Below, one piece after another: positions 1-10,531 of a DNA stretch of 64,000 bases (position 1 is the stretch's first letter; each line of letters begins with the position of its first letter). The notes beneath the pieces are model-generated. The model had not been told where the DNA came from. It did not search any database and saw nothing but the letters and a program-made list of their open reading frames with translations. The DNA comes from an uncultured bacterium (lineage in GTDB: Bacteria; Babelota; Babeliae; Babelales; Vermiphilaceae): NCBI GenBank assembly GCA_963707655.1, contig OY970172.1:736001-800000 (forward strand), written 5' to 3'. The translations under genes and the position numbers were made by a program.

Positions 1-984
1 ATCGGGAATTTTTTGCAGCGGAAATTGCTCAAGATCAACATCTCCTTCAAGCGTTATCGTGAGAGTGGCCCCTTCCCCTTCATGCATTACTGACGGAGAA
101 AGAGATGCATATATCTTTTGGCAATGACCAATACCATCAACTCTGCCTTTGTACGGCGGAAGCGGATCAACCATAAGAGTAGCCGCATTGGAATATATAG
201 TTTTTGCAATACGTGTGCCAAAAAGGGTTGAAAAAAAATCATACTGCTCCGGGCGCATCGTGTAATCAATCCGGTATGCAGGGACAACTATTTGACCGGT
301 CTTGTTGGGATATATTTCCCATTGCCATTGAATATAGTCGGCCACAACCCCGTTAACCTCTTCGCGCCCAACACGCGCTTCTTGCCGGTTTTTAATTATG
401 TATCCCTGATCTTTCTCCGGCTCGGGTTCAACAACCGTATGAAACTCAATAGACGGGTCAAGACGATAAAAACGGAGCGTAGCATATATTTTTTCGCCGA
501 CTACTGCTTTTTCACTACTTAAAAACAAATGAGCCAAAGCTAACTCGTCATTCTTTTTTTGATGACGCTGTTGCTGATGCCGTTGCTGCTGACGAGCAAC
601 TGCTTGATCACTCACTACAACTTCAATCGGCTCTGAGACCAAAACAGTAGTTCCTGATTTCACTCGTGCAGGGCCAAATGTGTAGGTGCCCGGTTTGTCA
701 ATACGCGCAGCAAAACTATAGGTAACGCGTGATACCCCATTTATACTTACCATTTTAAAGCCGGTTCGGTGCAACGGGCCAATGGGGGATTTAATTTCAG
801 GAGTAGAAAAATCTGCGGTGCCTCCTTCAATAGTCACTTCTAAATTAAAAGGTTGCCCGATTCCAGCTGTGTCTAATTGTTCGCCATTTGCCATGCGCGC
901 ATCTAAACTGATTTGAGCATGCGTAACAGAAATAACACATATGAGAATCGACCATATAAAATTACCAACGCGGGGCATTACCAT
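1..984 (-). CDS. batD: BatD-family protein, partial (3' end runs off the window)
   Basis: Not in the ORF track because it has no stop in the window. Manual translation from ATG at 984 gives MVMPRVGNFIWSILICVISVTHAQ...GQPFNLEVTI...PGTYTFGPARV...YSNAATLMVDPLP. It has a signal peptide and BatD-like motifs and follows batA-batB-TPR. Confidence 0.75.
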   Translation of the reverse strand, partial: MVMPRVGNFIWSILICVISVTHAQISLDARMANGEQLDTAGIGQPFNLEVTIEGGTADFSTPEIKSPIGPLHRTGFKMVSINGVSRVTYSFAARIDKPGTYTFGPARVKSGTTVLVSEPIEVVVSDQAVARQQQRHQQQRHQKKNDELALAHLFLSSEKAVVGEKIYATLRFYRLDPSIEFHTVVEPEPEKDQGYIIKNRQEARVGREEVNGVVADYIQWQWEIYPNKTGQIVVPAYRIDYTMRPEQYDFFSTLFGTRIAKTIYSNAATLMVDPLPPYKGRVDGIGHCQKIYASLSPSVMHEGEGATLTITLEGDVDLEQFPLQKIPD

Positions 985-2044
985 TTTTGCTCCTTTTTGG
1001 TTGCTGATTATCAATCATCATTTTAATGAGTTGCTTGTTAAGCTGTGCATCTTGTTTGTCCTGCTTTTCAACAATTTCTGCCAAAGCAGCATCAAGCTTT
1101 TCCAGGCCCTGATTTTTTCTAGTTTCCTGCTTTTGCTCACCGGCTGATTTTCCCGCTTGTTCTTCTTTTTCATCTTTCTCAGCAGCTGCTTGCCCGGCGT
1201 CCGCTTTCTCTTGCTTGGCCTGCTCCTCTTTGCTCATAGCATCGGATGATTGGGAATTATTATTTTTTTGTTTGTCAGCATTGTGTTGCGATTCAGAATC
1301 TTTTTGTTCCTGCTTTTTTCCTTTATCTGATTGTTCTTTTCCTGAATCTGACTCTTCTTCTTGCTCCCCCTGATCATCTTTTTCGTGCTCCTCGGCGCTA
1401 TTCTGCGATTGCTCTTTATTCTGTCCTTTTGATTGGTCCTGAGAACCTGATTCATTATTTTCATTTTGTTGGTTGTCTTGATCAGATCCTTCTGATTGTT
1501 CATTTTTTTGATCAAAATTTTGTTTATCTTTTTTGTCTTGTTTATTCTTTTGATTATTGTTTTTATCTTTTTGCTGCTGCTGTTGTTGCTTGTTCTGCTC
1601 TTCCTCTTGCTTCTTTTTGAGCATATCTTTCACAATCTCAAGATTTTTTTTAGCTCTTTCATTATCAGCATTCAAGCGCAATACTTCTTCATAACGCGCA
1701 ATTGCATCTTCTAATTTATCCTGCTTGGCGTAAGCATTGCCTAGATTGAATAATGCCTGCTCATGCAATAAAGAGGCCTCTTCTTTACTCAGGCGAGCTG
1801 CACGCTCAAAATAACTGACTGCCTGATCAACACTGTTTTTTTTGTACGCAATTACTCCTGCATCATACAAATAGTGCGCCTCATCAGGATGATCAACAAG
1901 TGCAGGCGTCAACAACTGCTCTGCTTTTTGCCAATCTCCTTTGTTGCCCGCAGCCACTGCGCGATCATAAGAAAATAATGGCTTTGCTTGCATAGAGCCA
2001 AAAGAAAATAAAATAAAAAATGTAGATATAAAAAAATGCTTCAT
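962..2044 (-). CDS. TPR protein (BatC-like) with a long Q/E/K/N-rich low-complexity tail
   Basis: Signal peptide; TPR motifs (YLYDAGVIAYK, ALFNLGNAYAK, YEEVLRLNADNERAKKNL); ATGA overlap with the batB stop. Confidence 0.8.
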   Translation of the reverse strand: MKHFFISTFFILFSFGSMQAKPLFSYDRAVAAGNKGDWQKAEQLLTPALVDHPDEAHYLYDAGVIAYKKNSVDQAVSYFERAARLSKEEASLLHEQALFNLGNAYAKQDKLEDAIARYEEVLRLNADNERAKKNLEIVKDMLKKKQEEEQNKQQQQQQKDKNNNQKNKQDKKDKQNFDQKNEQSEGSDQDNQQNENNESGSQDQSKGQNKEQSQNSAEEHEKDDQGEQEEESDSGKEQSDKGKKQEQKDSESQHNADKQKNNNSQSSDAMSKEEQAKQEKADAGQAAAEKDEKEEQAGKSAGEQKQETRKNQGLEKLDAALAEIVEKQDKQDAQLNKQLIKMMIDNQQPKRSKNGNAPRW

Positions 2045-3042
2045 AGTAGCCATTCAATCACCAAACAGATAAAAGCGGACAATACAAACCAAGCATATTT
2101 TTCCTCATAGCTCTCTCTTTTAGTTTCATCAATTTTTTCTTTATCGAACGCAGACAACCGATCTATCATAACCTGAATGTCAGTCGCATCAGAAGTTGCA
2201 TGTTGGTAAAAACCACCCGTTTCTTTTACCAATTTTTTTAGCAATGGCTCATTCAAACGTGATATCACAACAGCCCCTTTGCTATCTTTTTCATAGCCGG
2301 TCTGCTGACCGCGCTGATCAAATGACGGTACCGGCGCCCCATCGGTGCTGCCCACACCAAATGCAAAAATGCGCAAATCGAGCGCTAACGCTTCTTTTTT
2401 AACCCGCGCCAAATCGTCAGAAAAATCTTCTCCGTCGGTCAAGATTACCAATAATTTATTTTTACGGTCAGCCATTTTTGAGAACAGCGCAATTCCTTCT
2501 TTAATAACCTGATCAAGAGCTGTTCCTCCCGCAGAAGTAGAATGGGAATCAACCTGATCCAAAAACATAAAAAATGAATCATAATCGGTAGTCAGCGGGC
2601 ACACAAGGCACGGAGCACCTGCAAACAAAAGCAAGCCAACGCGATCAAAAGGCAAGCTATTAACCAATGAATGAATTTTTTCTTTGGCAAATGTGAGCCG
2701 ATCAGGAGTCATGTCTTTGGCAAGCATGCTGCGAGAAATATCAAGCGCAATCAAAACATCGCGCCCCTGGTATGTGATCTGTTCCTCTTTTTTATTCCAT
2801 TGCGGGCGAAGCAGGGCAAGAATAAGTAATGTTATACCAGCGAAGAACAACAATGATTTAATAATCTGCCTACTCAATGAATAATGTTGTATCAACGAGC
2901 GTTGTTTGCCGCCCCCAGTCAGTATTGAGACAACCTTTTGTCTCCGTTGCACCATATACACAAGAAGAGTTATAACGGGAACCAAGATAAAAAAAAGAAT
3001 CGCATGCTCATACGATCCCCAATGAATATCAAATCTGTTCAT
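2041..3042 (-). CDS. batB: VWA-domain membrane protein, BatB-like
   Basis: MIDAS motif DISRSM, DRVGL, LTDGED; N- and C-terminal TM helices. Confidence 0.85.
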   Translation of the reverse strand: MNRFDIHWGSYEHAILFFILVPVITLLVYMVQRRQKVVSILTGGGKQRSLIQHYSLSRQIIKSLLFFAGITLLILALLRPQWNKKEEQITYQGRDVLIALDISRSMLAKDMTPDRLTFAKEKIHSLVNSLPFDRVGLLLFAGAPCLVCPLTTDYDSFFMFLDQVDSHSTSAGGTALDQVIKEGIALFSKMADRKNKLLVILTDGEDFSDDLARVKKEALALDLRIFAFGVGSTDGAPVPSFDQRGQQTGYEKDSKGAVVISRLNEPLLKKLVKETGGFYQHATSDATDIQVMIDRLSAFDKEKIDETKRESYEEKYAWFVLSAFICLVIEWLL

Positions 3043-4028
3043 AAACTAAACCATATCAATGATGAAAGAATTAACTCAAAACAAAGCAGTATCAAAGCTG
3101 CAAAAATAAATGGCATAAAAATATCGTGACTATGCGTGTAGCGATCAACCTCATATTTTGTTTTTTCTAGTGCATCTATCGTGTCGTATACGCCACGCAT
3201 ATCTTTTGCATCGTGCGCTTTGAAATATTGTCCGCCAGTATCATGCGCAATTGTCTGCAATAATTTTTTATCATATCCCTGCGTGGGAACCATGCCTAAT
3301 CCCGGCACGAAGAAATAGGGTTTATAACCGCCAACCCCAATCGTATATATTTTGATTCCTAATTGCTTGGCAATAGAAATGGCAACCTGAGAATCAAGAT
3401 CACTCTCGCTCGGTGCACCATCGGTTAACAAAATAATAATTTTACTTTTTGCGGGAGAATTTTTTAAACGATTAGCAGCTGTGACCAATGCGGTAGAGAT
3501 GCAGGTTTCATTTGGATCGAGCAAGCCAATTTGCACGTCGGCAATAATGTCACGCACCATTTTTTTATCAAGCGTTAATGGACAACGGGAAAATGCTTCC
3601 CACGCAAAGAGCACCAATCCTATTGAGTCGTTGGTGCGTTTGTTTACAAAATGCAATGCCTCTTCTTTTGCAATGGCAATGCGCGAGCGTGGATCTTTTT
3701 CATCATCAATTCCCTGCATACTGCCGGAAATATCAAGCACCAACACAATATCAATACCATGCATGCTGGTTTTCGAATGCACATCTACCAGCTGCGGCAT
3801 GGGGATAACAAAAATTAAAAGTAAAAATACCACCACGCGCATAAGGGCGAGAATTTTTTTATGCGGATGTGTGGAGGCATGACCATGTGTTTGTAGTTGA
3901 GCACCCAATGAGTACTTATAGACGGTCCCCGTGTACCAAAATCTTTTTGCGTACAGTATCAACAGCAAAACGGGGATAAGCAATAAAAACAAGTAAGGAT
4001 AAACAAATTGGAAAGAAGTAGTGAACAC
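3039..4028 (-). CDS. batA: VWA-domain membrane protein, BatA-like
   Basis: GIDIVLVLDISGSM, SKIIILLTDG, IYTIGVG, TGGQYF. Confidence 0.85.
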   Translation of the reverse strand: MFTTSFQFVYPYLFLLLIPVLLLILYAKRFWYTGTVYKYSLGAQLQTHGHASTHPHKKILALMRVVVFLLLIFVIPMPQLVDVHSKTSMHGIDIVLVLDISGSMQGIDDEKDPRSRIAIAKEEALHFVNKRTNDSIGLVLFAWEAFSRCPLTLDKKMVRDIIADVQIGLLDPNETCISTALVTAANRLKNSPAKSKIIILLTDGAPSESDLDSQVAISIAKQLGIKIYTIGVGGYKPYFFVPGLGMVPTQGYDKKLLQTIAHDTGGQYFKAHDAKDMRGVYDTIDALEKTKYEVDRYTHSHDIFMPFIFAALILLCFELILSSLIWFSL

Positions 4029-4031
4029 TTT

Positions 4032-4754
4032 TTATTCCTTGTTCTGCTCAATGAACCAGCGATGCACTCTATCATGAAAAATTTCATCAGATTCATTGTC
4101 GCCTTTATAAAGCGGTTTGCCAACCGTCACGGTTATTGGTGCACAGTGTATCCAAAAAGTATCCGGTGGATAGGCAATGTTTACTCCTTTAATAAAGATC
4201 GGCACTACTGGGCGATTCATTTTTTTTGCCAGTATAACAAAGCCGGCAAAAAAATCATGAATTTTGCCATCATCATAGCGCCCACCCTCAGGAAAAATAA
4301 TTACATGACACCGCTTGCCATTCACCCGCTTTATTGCCGCAATCAGAGTGCGCATGCCTGCTATAGGACTACTCACATCAACCAAGACGGCAACTTTGGG
4401 CAAGATAAAGCGCAAAATAGGGGACGACATCAAGGTATTAATCGCCATCCACACATGCGGGTAGCCACGCAACGCATAAACAAGCAGAGGAATATCCAAC
4501 GATGATTGATGATTGGCCGCAATAATTGCCGGCTCATGCGGCATGTTTTCCAAACCGCTATAGCTGATCGGCATGCATGAAGTTTTGAGCATCAGCCAAC
4601 AAAAGCTATATTCGAGCCAATAATAGAATTTTGTTTCAAATCCCCACCTGCGTGGCAATAGAAAAAGAATGAGCATCGGCGCCAAATAGGTCGCCATGAG
4701 AACAAAAAGAATGAACCGAGAAAAAAGTGTTTGAGCTACTACTGCTGCTTTCAT
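4032..4754 (-). CDS. plsC: 1-acyl-sn-glycerol-3-phosphate acyltransferase
   Basis: NHQSSLD and FPEGGR acyltransferase motifs, PVVPIFI. Confidence 0.85.
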   Translation of the reverse strand: MKAAVVAQTLFSRFILFVLMATYLAPMLILFLLPRRWGFETKFYYWLEYSFCWLMLKTSCMPISYSGLENMPHEPAIIAANHQSSLDIPLLVYALRGYPHVWMAINTLMSSPILRFILPKVAVLVDVSSPIAGMRTLIAAIKRVNGKRCHVIIFPEGGRYDDGKIHDFFAGFVILAKKMNRPVVPIFIKGVNIAYPPDTFWIHCAPITVTVGKPLYKGDNESDEIFHDRVHRWFIEQNKE

Positions 4755-4763
4755 AGATTCCTT

Positions 4764-5510
4764 TTAAGACTTTTTACCATAATAAAGATTAAATTGATCA
4801 TGTATTTTTTTGACATAAAAGTTAGTTACATAGCAGATGGGTATCACGAGCGCCAATCCCCCAGCTATGAGCGTACCCGGCATTACAGATGCCGGCAAAT
4901 ATGCATAGATGGGCCAGAATATAGATTGCACCACCCACAGAGGTAAAAAATAACCAAATAACCAAAATGGCGCATTGTAGATAAACATTTTAATGGTGCG
5001 CCATAATGCCATGAAGCAATTAACAAAGCTCGGCTTGGTATCAACAAAAAAAAGAATCCAAGCCCACCACAATGGCTGATCTAATTTAAATATGAGATGA
5101 AATGAAGGGAACAACCCAAGTTTGAATAACAGAAATCCGAGAGCACTAACAGCCACACCGAACAGCGCGAGACAAACAACAAAATAAAGAAAATGCTTTT
5201 TATACGACAAGAAATAAGAAATATTTTTTTTAAGGGTTGAGGGCCGGGCAGCAAGTATTGTTGCAAAAAGTAAGAGCAACACAAATAACACAGCAAACGC
5301 AAAGACTACTACTGCATAAGCATAAGTGCGCGGAACTACGAAAGAAAAAACAAACAGCGCAGCGAAAAATAAACCAATAAACAACCCAAGACGAGTTATA
5401 AGAGTTTTGTAGGTTTGCACTATAGAATTGAGAGTGACCAATAAAAAAAGCTTAAAGTTTTTTGGTCGCAGTATCTCGAGTGAATCTTTCCATGCTTCTA
5501 ACAAATTCAT
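4764..5510 (-). CDS. Hypothetical integral membrane protein
   Basis: 248-aa ORF with about 6 hydrophobic segments and a GGAGA RBS upstream. Confidence 0.75.
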   Translation of the reverse strand: MNLLEAWKDSLEILRPKNFKLFLLVTLNSIVQTYKTLITRLGLFIGLFFAALFVFSFVVPRTYAYAVVVFAFAVLFVLLLLFATILAARPSTLKKNISYFLSYKKHFLYFVVCLALFGVAVSALGFLLFKLGLFPSFHLIFKLDQPLWWAWILFFVDTKPSFVNCFMALWRTIKMFIYNAPFWLFGYFLPLWVVQSIFWPIYAYLPASVMPGTLIAGGLALVIPICYVTNFYVKKIHDQFNLYYGKKS

Positions 5511-5584
5511 TTATTTCTCCTGAATATTGTATGTAAATTCAGGATTCATTTTACCTCGTTTTTTATTTTTTTAAATGTTGGCAC

Positions 5585-5617
5585 AAAAAAAGGAGGAGAT
5601 TTTGAGTCTCCTCCTTT
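5585..5617 (-). terminator. Intrinsic terminator
   Basis: AAAGGAGGAGA/TCTCCTCCTTT inverted repeat with a T-tract on the minus strand, downstream of 5671..6273. Confidence 0.7.
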
Positions 5618-5670
5618 ATAAGTTATATGTACTGTTTCAATACAAAAAATTATGTTTGTTGTTGAGATTG

Positions 5671-6273
5671 TTATTGATTGGTACCACATTTTTCTTGTTG
5701 ATCATTGCCGCTTTGCGCTTGCTCAGTCGGGGTAGCATCTTTTTTGGCCATCCAGTCATAGAGCATTTTAGCAGTTATCGCAACCAGACCTGTTCCGGCA
5801 ATTGCGATTGCGAATATTGCTGCTCCTCTATTCACAGCACTCATGCGCCTTGCATGTTCAAAGTCCATTGCTGCTGCTGAGGAAAGCGCATCTCGCATCT
5901 TTTGTACCATCTCATGCTGAACGTCATTTTCTACACAAAGGTCAAGATATTCAACTATATCATGATAGTTACAATAGCAGGTCATTTTTTTTGTAACGTC
6001 CCAAAACCTAGCCTCTTTGCCGTAAAACTCGATATGGTCTATTTGAAAGGATAAAAATCGCAGCAAGCTCTCGCCCATGGTCTCAAGAGATTGAGTACTT
6101 TCTGGATTACAAAAACGCTTCTTATTCTCTAAATAAGAGTCTATGTTAAACATTTTTTGCATAGCGCTCACCGTTGCGTCTCCGGCAATCTGATCCATGG
6201 CAAAGCTGTTGCTACAAAAGGTGATCCAAGTCAAAATTACCAATGCCAGGCGATTAAATTTATTATTATTCAT
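5671..6273 (-). CDS. Hypothetical secreted protein with a C-terminal hydrophobic helix
   Basis: Signal-like N-terminus ending SFA|MDQ; hydrophobic AAIFAIAIAGTGLVAI near the C-terminus. Confidence 0.7.
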   Translation of the reverse strand: MNNNKFNRLALVILTWITFCSNSFAMDQIAGDATVSAMQKMFNIDSYLENKKRFCNPESTQSLETMGESLLRFLSFQIDHIEFYGKEARFWDVTKKMTCYCNYHDIVEYLDLCVENDVQHEMVQKMRDALSSAAAMDFEHARRMSAVNRGAAIFAIAIAGTGLVAITAKMLYDWMAKKDATPTEQAQSGNDQQEKCGTNQ

Positions 6274-6687
6274 AACATTCCATCCATTAAAATAATTGAT
6301 AATTATCACACTTATATATATTTTTCATTTTAGGCTGATTCAAAAAAAAGTCAACTTGAATTTAACGCGCGACTCTCATTGAAACCTTATGTCCAGGTTT
6401 TCTCCCCCATCTTAGCGGGAATGGGCCAAAAACTTTTTTGAGAGCCATAAGAGGAAAACCTTGAGTGCTCCAGCGCCCTGACCTCCCTTCAATTCCTAAT
6501 GAGCATTATTAATTGATGTTTTTTACCCATTTGGCCGATTATTTGACTTTTAGAAAATTTTTCACATATTATAAAAAAGAGTAGTAGACAAAATAAGCTC
6601 ACATGATACAAATATACATTACTTTTTACTATTCCAACCAAACACGACAAAAGGGTTTTACCCCATTATTAGGGATTATAATTATTT

Positions 6688-8941
6688 ATGAAAAAATTAT
6701 TAATTGTAGAGTCACCCGCCAAAATTAAAACGATTACCAAGTTCTTGGGAAAAGATTTCAAGATCATGTCCACTATGGGCCATGTCAAGGATCTTCCTAC
6801 CAAAGAGCTGGGGGTGACCATTAATAAATCTATAAATATTGATTATGTTCCCATTAAGAACAAAGAGAAAACTATTGCGGAAATCTGCAAAGCTGCTTCA
6901 ACTTCTGATGAAATCTATTTAGCGCCCGATCCTGACCGTGAGGGTGAAATTATTGCCTGGCACATTGAGCAGGAAATACAAAAAGTCGTTAAAAATAAGG
7001 CAAAAATTCATCGCATCACCTTTAACGAAATTACCAAACCGGCCATGCTTGAAGCAATTGATCACCCGGGAGATGTTGATCTTGATAAAGTTGCCGCTCA
7101 ACAAGCACGCCGCGTGCTTGATCGCTGGGTGGGCTATGAAGTATCCCCTATTTTATGGAAAAAATTAGCTCCGGGCCTTTCTGCCGGGCGCGTGCAATCT
7201 GTTGCTCTCCGCCTGATTGCCGATCGTGAAGAAGCTATTCGCGCCTTTAAGCCAGAAGAATATTGGACCGTTGTCGGCCAATTTTTACATGGTAAAGATT
7301 CTATTGAAGCAGAACTGACTGAAATAGGCAAAAATAAAGCTGAAATCAAAAATCAACAGCAAGCTGATGAGCTGGTTGAAAACATCCAAAAAGAAAGCTA
7401 TGTTATTGATTCGATTATTGATAAAGCAACGCACCAAAAATCCACTGCCTCCATTTATGACCAGTACTTTGCAGCAGGCAGCATTTAATCGCTTGGGCTT
7501 CAGTGTTAAAAAAACCATGCAAGTTGCCCAACAATTATATGAAGGTATGCCGCTAGAAGACGAAGCACTCCCGTTGCGTTAATTACCTATATGCGTACCG
7601 ATTCGTTCCGCCTTTCTGATACGGCGTTAAAACAAGCGCGCGATTTTATTGGCAAAAATTTTGATAAAGAATATTTGCCCAAAGAGCACAACGTTTATGA
7701 AAAAGCAAAAGGAAAAGGCAAAGCAGCTGCAGCGCAAGATGCTCACGAAGCGGTGCGTCCGATTAATGTGAACATCACTCCTGAGAAAGCACATAAATAT
7801 CTACCCAAAGATGTTGCAAAGCTTTATGAACTTATTTGGAAGCGCTTTGTTGCCTGCCAAATGAAGCCAGCATTATATGCACAGCGCCAAGTGGTTATTA
7901 AAGGGGGAGAATTTACCTTTAAAGTCACCGGTTCAACCCTCATATTTGATGGATTCTTGAAAGTGTACGCCGCGGACGAAGATGAAAAAGAAGACAAAGA
8001 ATTATTCCTCAAGGGCTTAAAGCTAAAGAAAAAGTTAATCTTAAAAAAGTGATGCCAAAGCAGCATTTTACTCAACCGCCACCACGATATACTGAAGCTT
8101 CATTGGTCAAAGAGATGGAAAAAGAGGGCATTGGCCGACCAAGTACCTATGCCACTATCATGAACACTATTCAGGCGCGCCACTATACCGCTCTTGATAC
8201 AAAAAAAGATTTACTCCGACTGAACTGGGAATGACGGTAACCAAAATTTTGGTTGAAAATTTACCAAAGATTATGGATCTCAAGTTCACGGCACATATGG
8301 AAGAAGATCTTGATAAAATTGCTCAAGGTGATCTTGATCGAGATACGTTATTGCGCGGGTTTTATGAAGCGTTCCAGCAAGATGTAAAAGAATTCAAAGG
8401 CAAAGATGGTAAAAAAGTTGCCGAACCGACCGACATTACCTGTCCAGAATGTGAAAAACCCAATCTGGTGATTCGATTTGGAAAAGCAGGAGAATTTTTG
8501 GGTTGCCCAGATTATCCTGATTGCGCGTTTACTACCAATTTTAAACGTGATGAAAAAGGGGATATTGAAATTGTAAAAACTGAGGGCCCTAAACTGCTCG
8601 ATGAAAAATGTCCAAAATGCGGCAAACATCTGCGCCAGGTTATTGGTAAGTTTGGTCCCTTCGTTGCCTGTTCAGGGTATCCTGACTGCAAATATATTAA
8701 GCAAAAAAAGGCGGAAGTTCCCTGCTTATCATGTGGCGGCTCATTGGTTGAACGTCGTTGGCGCGGCGGTACTTTCTGGGGATGTTCAAACTATCCAAAA
8801 TGTAAGTTCGCCGTATTTGGTGATATTGAAGAAACCCCATGTCCGCAGTGTTCGCGCGCTTACATGGCAAAGAAAGTTGATAAACAAGGAAACGCAACCC
8901 TGCTTTGCACCGATAAAAAATGTGGGTACAAAAGTAGTTAA
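6688..8941 (+). CDS. topA: DNA topoisomerase I with C-terminal Zn-ribbons, split by four apparent single-base indels
   Basis: [30 protein letters not shown] (active Tyr), [18 protein letters not shown] and repeated CPxC motifs run across ORFs 6688, 7367, 7591, 8049 and 8231. Confidence 0.93.
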
Positions 8942-8975
8942 AAATAAATAACAAAAAAGAAAAAAAGGAGAAGAA

Positions 8976-9434
8976 ATGAAGAAGCTGCTCGTATTAATTC
9001 TTGGACTCTGCGCAACGCATGCTATGCAACAAAACCAAAAGCCATCTGCCGATGTTATGGCTTTACTTAATCAACATCAGCAGGAACTAAATGCGCTTAT
9101 TAGATTGGCGCGCCAAGATCAAAATCAACAGATAAAAAATGCTGCCAATCAGGTTGTGCACATTCAAAATCAACTTAACCAGATGCAGCATAGCGCAGCC
9201 GGCACCGCTTCACAAGGGGACCAACCACCTGCTGCGGTAAAAAAACTTGTTGAACAGCATCAACAAGCGATACAAAACCTTATTAAACAGGCTCAAGGGG
9301 CCGGATCTGCTCAAGTCAAACAAGCCGCACAAAAACTTGAAGCAACACAAAATAATATACGCAACAAGATGGAAAATTCATCGCAATCAAACGCCAATAT
9401 TCGCCAACGCAAATTAGCAACTAGAATTCAATAA
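8976..9434 (+). CDS. Secreted Gln-rich helical protein with an internal duplication
   Basis: AGGAG RBS, signal peptide THA|MQQ, two similar units of about 50 aa. Confidence 0.8.
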   Translation: MKKLLVLILGLCATHAMQQNQKPSADVMALLNQHQQELNALIRLARQDQNQQIKNAANQVVHIQNQLNQMQHSAAGTASQGDQPPAAVKKLVEQHQQAIQNLIKQAQGAGSAQVKQAAQKLEATQNNIRNKMENSSQSNANIRQRKLATRIQ

Positions 9435-9436
9435 TT

Positions 9437-9484
9437 AAAAAAAAGATAGCGGAGCATCTCTATAATGCCCCGCTATCTTTTTTT
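9437..9484. terminator. Bidirectional intrinsic terminator
   Basis: AAAAAAAGATAGCGG...CCGCTATCTTTTTTT between convergent genes. Confidence 0.85.
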
Positions 9485-9504
9485 GTGTCTTTTTTATCGC
9501 GCTG

Positions 9505-10230
9505 CTATTTTTTTGCCGCTGGTGCTGGCGCGCTGCTGGTCGCGGCAGTCTTTTTCTTCTTTGTGCCAAAGCAACCCTTAACATCTTGCTCTACCTCTTC
9601 CACACCAATCTTAAGTCTAGCCGCCAAATCTGCTTCAAGTTCTCCTATCCTGGCTTCATATTCTTCTGCTTGTGCTGCTGCTTTCTTTCGCGCTGCAGAT
9701 AACTTTGTTTTCAGCGCAGCAATTTGTGGTGCGAACTTTGCTTCCAACGCAGCTAAATCCGCTTTCGCTGTTTCAAAATCAGTCTCTAATGTTATTACTT
9801 GTGGCGCAAGTAGTGCCGCTAAAGACAAAACCCCTTCAACCGCCGCACCGATCGCATCAACGCCGGTTTCAACTGCCGCAACTTGTGGCACGTACGTGCC
9901 TACTGTACCGGCAAAGGCATTAAATGTTGTTAATGCTGAGGCAAGATCATTCTTGTAACCATTTATCTGCGTTGCTATAGCGGCCGCTTTAGCTTCCGAT
10001 GTAGCAGCGCTGCTGCCCGGAATTGCTGGAATGGTTACGCCGGTCAGTGCCGAGCTTACTTTTGCAGTTTCTGAAGAGACGGCCGCAGCCGCTGCTTCTA
10101 CCCCTACCGCCGAGCGTGTAGTCTTTCTTCCATTACTGGCAATCTTCAGAGCCGATGATGATTTTTCTGAACCCATGCTTGAAGCTGCAAAACATATAAG
10201 AGAAACTATACATAGATAATGCATTTTCAT
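9505..10230 (-). CDS. Secreted Ala-rich coiled-coil protein
   Basis: AGGAG RBS, signal peptide, amphipathic/coiled-coil body, basic C-terminus. Confidence 0.8.
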   Translation of the reverse strand: MKMHYLCIVSLICFAASSMGSEKSSSALKIASNGRKTTRSAVGVEAAAAAVSSETAKVSSALTGVTIPAIPGSSAATSEAKAAAIATQINGYKNDLASALTTFNAFAGTVGTYVPQVAAVETGVDAIGAAVEGVLSLAALLAPQVITLETDFETAKADLAALEAKFAPQIAALKTKLSAARKKAAAQAEEYEARIGELEADLAARLKIGVEEVEQDVKGCFGTKKKKTAATSSAPAPAAKK

Positions 10231-10363
10231 AGAGAAACTCCTTAAAAAAGAGGATACCGCTACAACGACACACCATGTATACCATTAACAGTCTTCATTT
10301 TTCTACAAAATGCAATTTTCAGGCAAAAAGCTTATTAAGCTCATGCTATCGAGCATGCGTTTT

Positions 10364-10416
10364 GAAGTTTTATAGATTCAAGAATTGGCTGTATGCATGC
10401 TGAGAAATTGTTGAAG
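10364..10416. repeat. 53-bp direct repeat, copy 1
   Basis: GAAGTTTTATAGATTCAAGAATTGGCTGTATGCATGCTGAGAAATTGTTGAAG; 51/53 identical to 16491..16543. Confidence 0.95.
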
Positions 10417-10478
10417 AAAAAACATTTTTAGTTTTCTTCATAATTTGAATTTTTTTAGATTGTACAGCGCATGATATT

Positions 10479-10509
10479 AAAAATAAACGGGCTCGATGTT
10501 CGAGCCCGT
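10479..10509 (-). terminator. Intrinsic terminator
   Basis: ACGGGCTCGA/TCGAGCCCGT hairpin followed by a T-rich tract on the minus strand. Confidence 0.65.
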
Positions 10510-10531
10510 CCAACAAAAATGTATTCAAAAA

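Noticed and set aside
6688..8941. Programmed frameshifting or a naturally split topA
   Set aside because: Four indels in mixed directions, some in homopolymers, with no slippery-site or stimulator pattern; sequencing error is simpler.
9485..9958. 157-aa + strand ORF
   Set aside because: Antisense to the Ala-rich gene 9505..10230, starting inside a terminator.
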